A stretch of 64,000 bases of DNA from contig JAHRHZ010000098.1 of assembly GCA_024137785.1 (NCBI GenBank), forward strand, positions 24,480,309-24,544,308, in the 5' to 3' direction. The notes beneath the pieces were generated by a model that was not told where the DNA came from, did no database searches, and saw only the letters and a program-made list of their open reading frames with translations. This DNA is from Ginglymostoma cirratum (lineage: Eukaryota). The translations under genes and the position numbers were made by a program. Of this stretch, positions 39,501-47,823 are shown piece after piece. Every line of letters begins with the position of its first letter. The first letter of the stretch is position 1.

Positions 39501-41323
39501 AACAGCTGGATTAGCAAATCACTGCACATTTCAAATTCCAAACAAACATTCACTAACACAATCAACACACCCAACCAAGAGGACGTACATCTCATGTCCT
39601 AGCAACATTAGCAAAATATGATTGATCTACAATACAAAGAAATTGATGAAGATGCATTCCACATTTTTCCTCAGTGAATCAGCAGGACTAATGCCAACAG
39701 GCACTCTTTTTGAGTTACTAGGGAGCTTTTGGCCCACATATGTATGTCAGACACCAGTGCTGCCCTCAGCTATGTACACCCCCACACCCCTAAAGCCAGA
39801 GTCACTGCCCATTTCCAAAGCATTCCCTCCAAACCATCCTTCTCCAACCTCATCACTCCAGTGTTATTGCCCACTTCCCCAACATCTCCCTCCCCCTAGC
39901 CAGTGTGGTCACATGCCAATTTATGCCTTCCTGCCAGCATCATTGTCTACAGGCCTCTCTCATCAATCAATGCTGTTACTTGCAGACCATGCCCCAAGAG
40001 GTAGGGCACTAATCAAAACCTTCTAATTCCACCGCCAGCCATTGGCTGTGAAACTGTAGCTTGGCTACAAGTTACTGTTGAGGTCATGTTGGTCGATGGA
40101 AACAGTAAGGACTGCATATACTGGAAGCCAGAGTCAACAGGTGTAAAGCTGAAAAACGTTGGCCGATGGGCCTGTTTCTTTTATTTTCTAATCAAACCAG
40201 TTCAACATGTTATCACACACCACTGGAGCAGGTGAGTTTTGAACCTGAAACCGCCTGGTGCAGATGCAGGCACACTATCACTGTGGCAAATGAGCCCAGG
40301 TACGTGTATGACAATATAATTCTGAATGCAGCAGAGAATAATTAACACAGAGACTGTTAGCAACAAATGACTCAGGAGGATGAATCTAAATTAATCTATC
40401 AGGATTTGTCCCGTTCTAGACTAATGTCATCAATTTTTATTCCCAATTTACATATCTTAAGCGTTATGAGGTTTCAACTTTTCGGAAGTGAGATCGACCA
40501 ACTGTCAAGTTTTTTCATAATTTTGAAACTTCGGATTTGGTCAGCTCATTGTTTCACTCCCGGATCTAATACCAAGTTCATGATTTTTCCCCAGCCCCAA
40601 CTTGACCGGATAATATAAACTCCTGACACTTGGAACTCGCTGGAGGAAAACAAAACACGAGGAAGGAAGAAGATTCGGTGTTTGAGAGGGAGAAAAGCTG
40701 AATTTCTCAGGATGTTGGAGACCACGTTTTATGTCATGTAGGTGTCCCTGAGATTGCACCATTCGGAAGGATCTGCGCCATCCGAAGAAGGGGCTGCTTC
40801 CAGGAAACCTGGAACATTTCGTAAAACTGAAAGTAAATCAGGCAAATGGGAGGGGGGAGAACGAGTGACAACGAATGTGCTGATATCGAGAGCAGTTTTC
40901 TTTCAATTTGTGTTCTGGACTGTAAATATCGTACTGCAGAGTTTCTTGCCTTCTAGATATTTACTCGCTGAACCTTACATTTATACTTTGAAGCCCCAGT
41001 CATTACAGATCCCTCTCGCCCCTCACCTCCTTGTGCCGGTCCACTATCACACTGTACGAGCAAAGCCGGAACACCAGCAGGCTCCGCACCAGCTCCGCGC
41101 TGCTCTTGCTCCGATACGCTTCACGGTAGTTGCCGAAATCCGGGATGACAGCGGCAGTGGAGCCGGGGGCAGCGGGCGGTTGCGAGCGGACGCTCCCCTT
41201 GTGGGTCAGGCAGGGCCGGCTGCGGTCCCGAGGAGGCTCCTTCTGCTTCGGGGGAGCGGCGGCGGCGGAGGTGGAGGAAAACCTGAGGAAGGGGAGGCGA
41301 TGCAGGAGGAGACGGCTGGCCAT
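3399..41323 (-). CDS. PRODH: Proline dehydrogenase 1 (proline oxidase), mitochondrial; whole 14-exon CDS span, 1827 nt, 608 aa
   Basis: join(complement 41027-41323, 39250-39458, 22049-22083, 20446-20595, 20086-20150, 19677-19793, 17716-17795, 15539-15620, 11556-11648, 11088-11234, 9953-10128, 6094-6192, 4387-4475, 3399-3586). All junctions GT-AG, frame open throughout. Motifs [48 protein letters not shown]. Confidence 0.97.
4387..4475 (-). CDS. PRODH: PRODH coding exon 13 ([30 protein letters not shown])
   Basis: ctcgcag acceptor, GTATGT donor, 89 nt. Confidence 0.97.
6094..6192 (-). CDS. PRODH: PRODH coding exon 12 ([33 protein letters not shown])
   Basis: tttcag acceptor, GTAATC donor, 99 nt. 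Confidence 0.96.
6325..8180. mobile_element. Cluster of CR1 LINE fragments (mostly minus strand, short inverted piece at 6325-6432)
   Basis: [23 protein letters not shown] and [12 protein letters not shown]1 ORF2 motifs. Confidence 0.85.
9215..9815 (+). mobile_element. CR1 LINE 3' end
   Basis: [20 protein letters not shown] motif; typical 3' hairpin/TATGTT tail. Confidence 0.85.
9953..10128 (-). CDS. PRODH: PRODH coding exon 11 ([34 protein letters not shown]...YEDPIN...MYHR)
   Basis: ctccag acceptor, GTAGG donor, 176 nt. Confidence 0.97.
11088..11234 (-). CDS. PRODH: PRODH coding exon 10 ([25 protein letters not shown]...NTYQCYLK)
   Basis: ggtag acceptor, GTAAGG donor, 147 nt. Confidence 0.97.
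11556..11648 (-). CDS. PRODH: PRODH coding exon 9 ([31 protein letters not shown])
   Basis: ttgcag acceptor, GTAGG donor, 93 nt. Confidence 0.96.
11890..12247 (-). mobile_element. tRNA-derived SINE (full length); other copies ~18270-18625 (+), ~26170-26430 (+), ~44592-45077 (-)
   Basis: A/B-box head (TGGTCTAGTGG...GGTTTGAATCC), shared body and AATAAA tail. Confidence 0.8.
15539..15620 (-). CDS. PRODH: PRODH coding exon 8 ([27 protein letters not shown])
   Basis: tttctttcag acceptor, GTATAG donor, 82 nt. Confidence 0.95.
15990..16620 (+). mobile_element. Old CR1 LINE 3' fragment (others at ~21240-21430, 30345-30700, 42225-42610)
   Basis: Decayed [11 protein letters not shown] motif and CR1-type 3' end. 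Confidence 0.6.
17716..17795 (-). CDS. PRODH: PRODH coding exon 7 ([27 protein letters not shown])
   Basis: cctacag acceptor, GTAAGC donor, 80 nt. Confidence 0.95.
18389..18537 (+). mobile_element. Second-family Penelope-like 3'-end derivative with decayed hammerhead (18394-18423), inserted in a tRNA-SINE
   Basis: CTGAGGA-G-GGGTC-ACCA-GACCC-AAAACATT; perfect 11-bp TSD TGGCTGAATCT (18378-18388, 18538-18548); relatives at ~18790-18930 and 41637-41920. Confidence 0.7.
19080..19366 (+). mobile_element. HE1-like V-SINE; other copies ~23785-23931 (+), ~32550-32712 (-)
   Basis: tRNA head GGTTAGCACTGCTGCCTCACAG..GGTTCAATCC, V-domain TGTGTGGAG..CCCACAGTCCAAAGA, CR1-like GATTCTATGA tail. Confidence 0.8.
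19677..19793 (-). CDS. PRODH: PRODH coding exon 6 ([39 protein letters not shown])
   Basis: ttctag acceptor, GTCAGT donor, 117 nt. Confidence 0.96.
20086..20150 (-). CDS. PRODH: PRODH coding exon 5 ([21 protein letters not shown])
   Basis: ttatag acceptor, GTAGG donor, 65 nt; conserved AIKLTALG motif. Confidence 0.96.
20446..20595 (-). CDS. PRODH: PRODH coding exon 4 (..[37 protein letters not shown])
   Basis: ccgcag acceptor, GTACG donor, 150 nt. Confidence 0.97.
22049..22083 (-). CDS. PRODH: PRODH coding exon 3 ([12 protein letters not shown]), 35-nt mini-exon
   Basis: Long polypyrimidine tract + tttag acceptor, AG|GTAAGC donor; 35 nt restores the frame between exons 2 and 4. Confidence 0.9.
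24912..25067. other. Assembly gap (156 N) next to a (TG)n run; second gap 34814-34913 (100 N)
   Basis: Runs of N. Confidence 0.99.
25215..25324 (-). mobile_element. Miniature Penelope derivative with intact hammerhead core (25282-25309) and 10-bp inverted tail
   Basis: 12-bp TSD TGAATTCAAAAT at 25203-25214 and 25325-25336; CTGAAGA-A-GGGTCTAGGCCT-GAAACGTC. Confidence 0.85.
27377..27449 (+). pseudogene. tRNA-Lys(CTT)-derived pseudogene
   Basis: 73-nt ungapped match (about 53/73 by hand) to the canonical vertebrate tRNA-Lys-CTT as I recall it; CTT at 27410-27412; stems and B box disrupted. Confidence 0.85.
27463..27535 (+). pseudogene. tRNA-Thr-derived pseudogene (TGT/CGT family; anticodon now GGT)
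   Basis: 73-nt ungapped match to GGCTCCATAGCTCAGTGGTTAGAGCACTGGTCTTGTAAACCAG...CTCGCTGGGGCCT; anticodon at 27496-27498. Confidence 0.85.
27590..28037 (+). mobile_element. 3' end of a Tx1-like (L1 group) LINE with AATAAA and poly(A)
   Basis: Translations [28 protein letters not shown] and REH...DAFRERW resemble the Tx1 ORF2 C-terminus; AATAAA 28008-28013, A-tract 28028-28037. Confidence 0.7.
31360..31580 (-). mobile_element. 3' end of a third Penelope-like family (Poseidon-type) with hammerhead motif 31402-31435
   Basis: Translates as ..[14 protein letters not shown].. (Poseidon-like C-terminus); CTGACAA-C-GTTACC-TAGCAG-GGTGAC-GAAACGTC; related fragment at ~47040-47125 (+) retains CTGATGA. 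Confidence 0.7.
31581..32055 (-). mobile_element. CR1 (HER1-like) LINE 3' fragment; related pieces at ~3785-4050 and ~13611-14045
   Basis: [20 protein letters not shown]...[16 protein letters not shown]. Confidence 0.85.
34497..36248. mobile_element. Two-armed inverted Penelope-like (Neptune) insertion in PRODH intron 2 (minus arm 34497-35152, plus arm 35147-36248)
   Basis: Plus arm encodes RT C-terminus/thumb ([13 protein letters not shown]), Cys linker CNRRKCYTC and GIY-YIG-like [22 protein letters not shown]; GTTCAC microhomology at the junction; 100-N gap inside. Confidence 0.92.
36255..36960 (-). mobile_element. CR1 5' region/ORF1 relic
   Basis: Decayed ORF1 zinc-finger-like start around 36540-36595 plus 5' UTR-like sequence. 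Confidence 0.45.
38810..39145 (+). mobile_element. Rex1/Babar-like LINE 3' end; inverted relative at ~8185-8570
   Basis: KDPSYP..LPSGR...[14 protein letters not shown] motif and (AAATC)n tail. Confidence 0.7.
39250..39458 (-). CDS. PRODH: PRODH coding exon 2 ([10 protein letters not shown]...TFYGQFVAG...[10 protein letters not shown]...EME)
   Basis: ttcttgcag acceptor, GTAAGT donor, 209 nt. Confidence 0.97.
41027..41323 (-). CDS. PRODH: PRODH coding exon 1 (Arg/Ser-rich mitochondrial presequence; ...[27 protein letters not shown]...HKE)
   Basis: ATG at 41323 in CCGATGG context; donor GAG|GTGAGG; GC/CpG-rich; 297 nt. Confidence 0.9.
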
Positions 41324-41460
41324 CGGGCTGAGGAAGAGGATGCTGCAGACACTGAGGACGGGGGAGGGAAGTGAGATATTAGCCCCACACTGACACACCT
41401 CCCTCTCGCCAGATCCGCCTGTTTCCGGGTGCAGCGAAACTAACACTGTATCAATTTCCT

Positions 41461-41524
41461 GGCCAATCAGCTGCCAGGGCGCCAAGCTTCCATTCACAAA
41501 AAAAAGCTTCAGCCCCACCCCCCC
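41461..41524. promoter_or_regulatory. Putative PRODH proximal promoter: NF-Y CCAAT box and CACCC/GC-box
   Basis: GGCCAATCAG at 41461-41470 and CCCCACCCCCCC at ~41513-41524, 140-200 bp upstream of the ATG beside a CpG-rich exon. Confidence 0.5.
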
Positions 41525-41636
41525 AGGCTGCTCTAATCCTCTCCCTCTGTTGGGAGCTCTGCCTCATGTCTCTTTCCTCCTCTCTCTGCATCCAGGGAGA
41601 TTGAGTGCTAGTGGGCGTAAAAGACCCCAGAGCTTG

Positions 41637-41920
41637 AAACAAAAAGAGAAATTGCTGGAGAAACTCAGCAGGTCTGTCAGCATTTGTGGAGAGTAAGAAA
41701 AGAGCTAAACGTTTCGAGCCCAGCTCTGAAGAAGGATCTGAAACAGAAATTGTTGGAGAAACTCAGTGGTTCTGGCACCATCTGTGGAGAGAGAGCAGAG
41801 CTTTTGAGTCCAGTGATCTGCTTATTTTTATCTTCACAGATGCTGCCAGACCCGCTGAGTTTCACCAGCAAATTCTGCTTTTTTTGTCTTGTATCTCCAG
41901 GATCTGTAGTTGGTGGTTTT
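41637..41920. mobile_element. Tandem + inverted Penelope-like 3'-end derivative immediately upstream of the PRODH promoter
   Basis: Two direct GAAATTGYTGGAGAAACTCAG units then an inverted copy; partial hammerhead pieces (AACGTTTCG, CTGAAGAAGG); possible TSD ACCYYAGAGYTTG. Confidence 0.7.
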
Positions 41921-44775
41921 AGTACCTTAGAGTTTGGGTTGGGCCCTGTATATCTGCGCTTTGAGAATGCCAAAGAATGGGGAAACGGAATAAAAAAGGC
42001 CATTCACTCCATCAGATGACTGCACGCCAGATCTCCGAATGAACAACCTGTTGCCAAACCCTGACCTTTCCTTCTGTTTTAAAACTGACCTGCACAAACA
42101 AACTTAGGAGGCATGTACCCTCCCTCCTCCAGGCGCACTGTAATGAAAACCAAAATATCAAAGGAAATTATGGATGTAAATAAAGATATCACAGTGGGAT
42201 GTTACTCCCAATCTAACCAAACATTCTTCCCTTTCAGATGCTAATCATGTCTTGGATGGCATGATTGAATCTGTCGCCACCACATTCTCAGGCAGCACGT
42301 ACCAGATGTCAACCAGGCACTGCTTGAATTCATTGCTTCTTTTGCCAATTGCCTTCAATCTGTGTCCTCTCGTTCTTGAGTCTGGGAACAACCGTTTCCT
42401 ATCTGTTCTCCAGTACTGACCTGATTTTGAACACACCTCCATCAAATCTCAACCTATTCTTCTCCAGGGATAGTAGACCTGCCCTCTCTGGTCTATTTAT
42501 ATATAAATTGATTTCCGCATCCTGGAGAATCTTTAATTGAGAATCTTTCCTGCTCCTTCTCAAATCCCTAAACATTTTTTTATTTCCCAAATTAAGGTGC
42601 CCAGAACAAATTAATTTAGCAAAGTGACTGCCTATTTCAAGGCATAAACAATAAAATCCAAATTTAATGTAAAACCAAAGGAAAGTGATGAAATCACCCC
42701 TAATACTGTTTCTGGCATCAATTCCACAGAATGCCTGAAATGTATCAATGTGCATTTCATGCTTCCTTGCCAAGGACTCATAGGAACATAGGAAAAGGAG
42801 TAGGCTATTCAGCCCCTTGAGCCTGTTCCACCATTCAACAAGAACATGGCTGATATCTAGCCGAACTCTATATATCTGCCTTTGGCCCATGCCTCTTGAA
42901 AGCTTTGCTAAACAAAAATTTTTCTATCTCATATTTAAAATTAACATCTATGTATGGACAGAACTACAAGTGAGAGGCAGACAGTTGAACAAAGTGGTCC
43001 AACCAACATAATCACTTCACGCCCCCACCACCAACACCACCACCCCCTCCCAAAAGCCCAAACAATGGCTGGAGCTGTTAATGGCCACTTTTGGATCAAT
43101 GATCTCATGTCACCTGCTCACCATCCCCCTCCCAATCTGCTTACTGGATGGCAAAAGATCTGAAGAATGAGATTGGAATTGAGAAGTAACCACTTTAAAC
43201 AGTGGAAGCAAGACTTGGCCTCTAACACTCAACACCAAACCATTAAATATATGATAGAGTGGTAGAGGAGGGATGATGTGACAAGTGAAACTTTGCATTT
43301 CACATATTTGAGTGTATTCTCTATGCTCATAGCCTAAAAATTCAGTAAGGAAATGCTAATATTTATACAGGCCTTAACAAAATTTGACGGAAACGGTTTG
43401 GAGGTTTGTTTTAATACTTTATTCTTTTGAGAAGATAGCAAAACAATTGAAGTGGCTGATGAAAAACCGGACAATGCAAGATGACAGGTTGAGCACCTGA
43501 AATGTATACATGACTGTCAGAGGAGATTTATATGGATTATGATGCAAGAGAAAGGATTGTTCTGAGCGTGTCTTAGTAATTCATGCGGCAAAAGTTTCAA
43601 AATCTGAGGGAACATCCTGTGCAAACATGTATTGAATTCAAAAGGATAAAGCAAAATAAGTTTGACAGATGGATACAAGCCTTAGAAATAAATACCGCAC
43701 ATGACTTTCTCATGGAAATCATTTTTGTTGTAAGAATTTAAAAACTAACTACCTTTTGTATGGCAAGCCCATGTGAAGATCAGAGGGTTACACTTCTGAA
43801 CAGCCAGCAAAAATGGCAGACAATAATGAGCTGACCAACAAAAATAAACCTTTTTCCATTGCACCCAGCTAATGTGACTTACTGAGGTTTTCCAGAGTGA
43901 GCCTGAAAAAGGAGCTCATAAACTCAAATTGTAGCTTGAACTATAACAGTGAAACTGAAGGTAAATGCTGCTGAGCGCAGAACAGTTAAGTTACAATGAG
44001 AAATACAGATGGCTTTACCAAAAGGAAAGATCAACCCTTTTTCTTCAAATGGTGTACCTAAACCAATAATAATATTAAAATACGCAGAAATTATTCAAAC
44101 TGTTTTGCAGAAGAAGGAAGTAGTTTTTTCACCAGGGAATGCCATGAAAGCCAAAGTGTTAATAAATGGCATAAGTTCTGTTTCATTAAGTGCAATTGAG
44201 CATGAGTCGTGAACAAAACAGTGGCTTTAGGTGTTGTTAAGAAAATTATTAGTGGATGAAGATGACTTCCTCCCAGGAAATGATTTGGCTGGAGTAAAAA
44301 ATATAAATTCGCTAACATTCATAGAAAGTCCAAATGAGGCTAATGAGACAAAACACTTATAGGAACAAGTCCTCCATCATTTGTGGTGACCACAGCGGTG
44401 TCTCAACAAAACTCATCACCAGAAGTCAAAGTAATGCCAGAAGACGATGTTAAAGTAGCCAGAACTTTCTTTAAGGATGTGAATTATTGAACATTGGGGT
44501 ACATTAGAAACTGAATTTCTTTAGCAATTACTGGGTAGATGTAATTTAACAGCTATTACAGCAGTGCTTAACTTTCCAAAATTCTAGCTTATTTTTTATT
44601 CATTCATAGGTCGTGAGTGTGATCGGCTAGGCCAGCATTTGGTGCCTATCCTGGGCAGTTAGGAGTCAACCACATTGTTGTGGTTCTGGAGTCACATCTA
44701 GGCCAGATGAGGTGACAATGGCAATTTCCTTCTCTAAATGGACATGAATGAACTAGTTAGATTTTTCCGACATTG

Positions 44776-44897
44776 TAGGAACTGCAGATGCCGGAGAATA
44801 TGAGATAACAAGGTGTAGAGCTAGATGAACACAGCAGGCCAAGCAGCATCAGAGGAGCAGGAAGGCTGATGTTTCGGGCCTAGACCCTTCTTCGGAA
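44776..44897 (-). mobile_element. Miniature Penelope derivative inserted in a tRNA-SINE; decayed hammerhead 44868-44895
   Basis: Matches the Penelope 3' end; TSD ATTTTTCCGA..ATTG at 44761-44775 and 44898-44913. Confidence 0.8.
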
Positions 44898-46387
44898 ATT
44901 TTTCCGATAATTGACAATGGTTTCATGGTCATCATTAGACTCTTAACCCCAGATTTGTTTTTGTCTTGAATTCAAACTTCACCTGCCATGGTGGGATCTG
45001 AATCTGGGTCCTCAGAACATTACCTGGGTCTCTAGATTTATTGTCTATTGATAATGCCACTAGGTGAACACCTCTCCGTGAAAACAAGGGAAAGAATTAT
45101 AAAAACACAGAAGTCACAATGTCTGTTGAACTAGTATCGATAATTCATCTGGCACCAAATGCACCCTTTTATCATTGTGTCAATTTCAAAAATAAACAGT
45201 GTTTGTTCTTAAAAAGAATTGTAAACCAACCTTCTGTTGAGGGCAGGTAAGGGGACAATGATTATCCAATGTCACGAATAGCTGTTCCATGGCCATTGGC
45301 CAACAGCTCAGACAATTGATTGACACAGAGTAAGTTAGCTGCCCCGAGAAATAAGATATAACAATAAGTGTTCAGGCCAGAGTGGACTCCTTTTAGGGAG
45401 CCTCATCAAACAGACCTGTGAGGCAGCAGTTCTCATCACATGGTCCACAGAGAATAGTCTTCATCAGGCCAATGGAAGACAGATCACAAGGAGTGCAGGA
45501 AGACCAAGTGAAGAGTTCACTAACATCAGTAGAGGAGAGGATGCTGTCCCCCACCATCACTTTAATGAGACTAAAACATTCACGCTGAAAGCTCATTTAT
45601 CCTTTGGTATTAGTGAACCATTCCCACTTGTTATAGTTTAACGTTTTCTTTATCTAAAAAATATATCATACCTATCATAAACTACTGTTTATTAACAAAC
45701 TTTTAAAAAATCAGAAAATCACAATCATTGACTGCTTATATTATGTAACTGTGGTCATGAACCCCTAAATCAACGGAATGAACCAAAAGAAGTCTTTGAA
45801 ATGTTGTTGATAATTAAGGCTCATAAAGCAAAGCCAGAGTTAAGTAAGATAACTCTGAAGCGGAGGCTGAAGAATTTCTAGTGTGTCATCACATTACAAG
45901 TAGTGTTCTAGTGAAGAAATGGAGACGTCTTCATAGACCTGCAGATGAGGGATGAACAGTCAGTCAATTAAATAGTGGTAGCATTCAAATATCATAAGGA
46001 AATAATGTGAGTAGCACCTGAAATTCCTTTTAGGACACATAGGATTATGAAAAGCCCAAGCATCAATCAACAGACATTTTGTCTCAATAAGACTTCATAA
46101 GAATGTAGTACAGCTCTGCAAAAGATGTCATATATATCAAGTAATGGGAAACCTCAACATGTAATCAAACTAGCACCTTTAATACACTTAAACTTTTTGA
46201 AAAATGGTACAGTTGAGTGTTACTATATTGTGTAGGACCATTACAGAAAGCAAATGCAAGACACTGGTATATCCTTACAGCTATGGATATTACAACCCAA
46301 TTTCCTGAAGCGATTCCTTTAAGGGACTACTACAACTAAGGGAGAAATGGAAAAGTTACCAATAAAGCAACATTTCTGTTAGATAAG

Positions 46388-46591
46388 AGATAGTAAGAAC
46401 TGCTGATGCTGAAGTCAGAGATAACACAGTGTGGAACTGGAGGAACACGGCAGGCCAGGCAGCATCAGAGGAGCAGGAAAGCTGACGTTTCAGGTCGGGA
46501 CCCTTCTTCAGACTCGAAATGTCAACTTTCCTCTTCCTCTGATGCTGCCTGGCCTGCTATATTCCTCCTGCTCCATGCTGTGTTATCTCTT
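46388..46591. mobile_element. MITE-like inverted Penelope derivative; hammerhead motif 46484-46511 (-)
   Basis: Two opposed 3' ends; diverged 16-bp TSD ATTYCTGTTRGATMAG at 46372-46387 and 46592-46607. Confidence 0.8.
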
Positions 46592-47614
46592 ATTCCTGTT
46601 GGATCAGCCTGGAAAAAAATAAACTCAGGCGGGAATAGATGTTCAATATGTGCTAGAAAATTACTTAACTGAAACTAACCAAAGCTTTTAGTGTTCACTA
46701 GTGGTATTAGTTCTTAAACCAGATGAGTCAACTAGGTTTTGCATAGATTACAGGAAAGCAAATGCAACAGTGCAAGGAGATTCATAGCCAGTTCCCGAGT
46801 TCAAAGGATGTTTTGATAGGGTTGGCAGTGCTTCATTTTTTTTTAATGATCTACAGAAGGAATACTGGCAGGTTCCATTAATATCAAAAGCTGAGGAGAT
46901 ATCAGCCTTTCTTAGACAAAATGGGTTGTATCAATGTCAAATCATGTCATATAAGTTTAAAAATGTCCCAGAAACATTACAAAGAATTATGAATCAAGTC
47001 TAAGCTAAAGTGCTGAAATGTGTAGCTTGCTTAGATAATGCAAGACAGAACACCAATGCTTCACCACAGGCACACTGATGATGTTACCTAGCAAACAGTT
47101 AGGCTCAGTGAGAAAGTCTGCAACCTCCTCTGCACCTCCTCCAGTACAATCGTATCCTTCCCATAGTAAATTACAGTAACACTGGTAAGAAAATGAAAGT
47201 AACTGAAAGGCCTGGTTAAACAGTTTTATAGCTGGCTTGGTAATAATCTTGCCAAGAGTGACTTAGTAAAAGCAATATCATAGGGCAAAGATGAACATTG
47301 GCAAGAAAATCAAAAGTAGAAGTTCTGTTAGAATTCTCTGTCATGAAAACTAAATGGGAAATTATGAAATTTTTAGGAAGATGTGTGTTCTTTTGAAAAG
47401 TTGTATCCAATTATAGCACAATGGCTGTATCTTAAGTGGATTTGTATTGAAGAAAGGTGGTATGGCCAGCAGAGTGCAAAGCTTTGAGATGCGACAGTCA
47501 ATCTTAATAAATTAACTAACATTGGCCGTACCTGACTCTGTTTAACTTTTTAAAATGGCAATTGATGTAAGTGATATCATGTTAGTGCCTCTTTCTCTTT
47601 CACTTTCTATATGC

Positions 47615-47678
47615 TTCTCTGTCTGTCTCTCTCTCTCTCTGTCTCTCTCTCTGTCTCTCTCTGTCTCTCTCTCTCTTT
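47615..47678. repeat. (CT)n/(CTGT) microsatellite
   Basis: Direct inspection. Confidence 0.9.
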
Positions 47679-47823
47679 CACCCCCTCCACCCACCGCAGT
47701 GCAGGAAAAAGACAGAAAAAAGAAACACAAGAAAAATTAAAGGAATGAATTTTAAAATAAGGAAGGAGGACCATTTGATCAACCACTGAATTGAAGAATG
47801 ATTGTTGTTGTCTGTATGGTGAC

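Larger units (their letters stand above)
43350..47580 (+). mobile_element. Highly decayed Gmr1-like Gypsy element (gag ... integrase upstream of RT)
   Basis: gag-like SFEKIAKQLKW (~43425); integrase CVGPL..YILTAMDITTQFPEAIPLR (~46230-46325); RT KPDESTRFCIDYRKANA and YWQVPL (~46715-46880); interrupted by SINE and Penelope inserts; ends approximate. Confidence 0.7.

Noticed and set aside
40742-41374. 210-aa plus-strand ORF
   Set aside because: Antisense shadow of the GC-rich PRODH exon 1; no recognisable domain
41324-41518. In-frame N-terminal extension of PRODH in the ORF track
   Set aside because: Starts at a non-ATG codon and runs through the CCAAT promoter region; the ATG at 41323 begins a typical mitochondrial presequence
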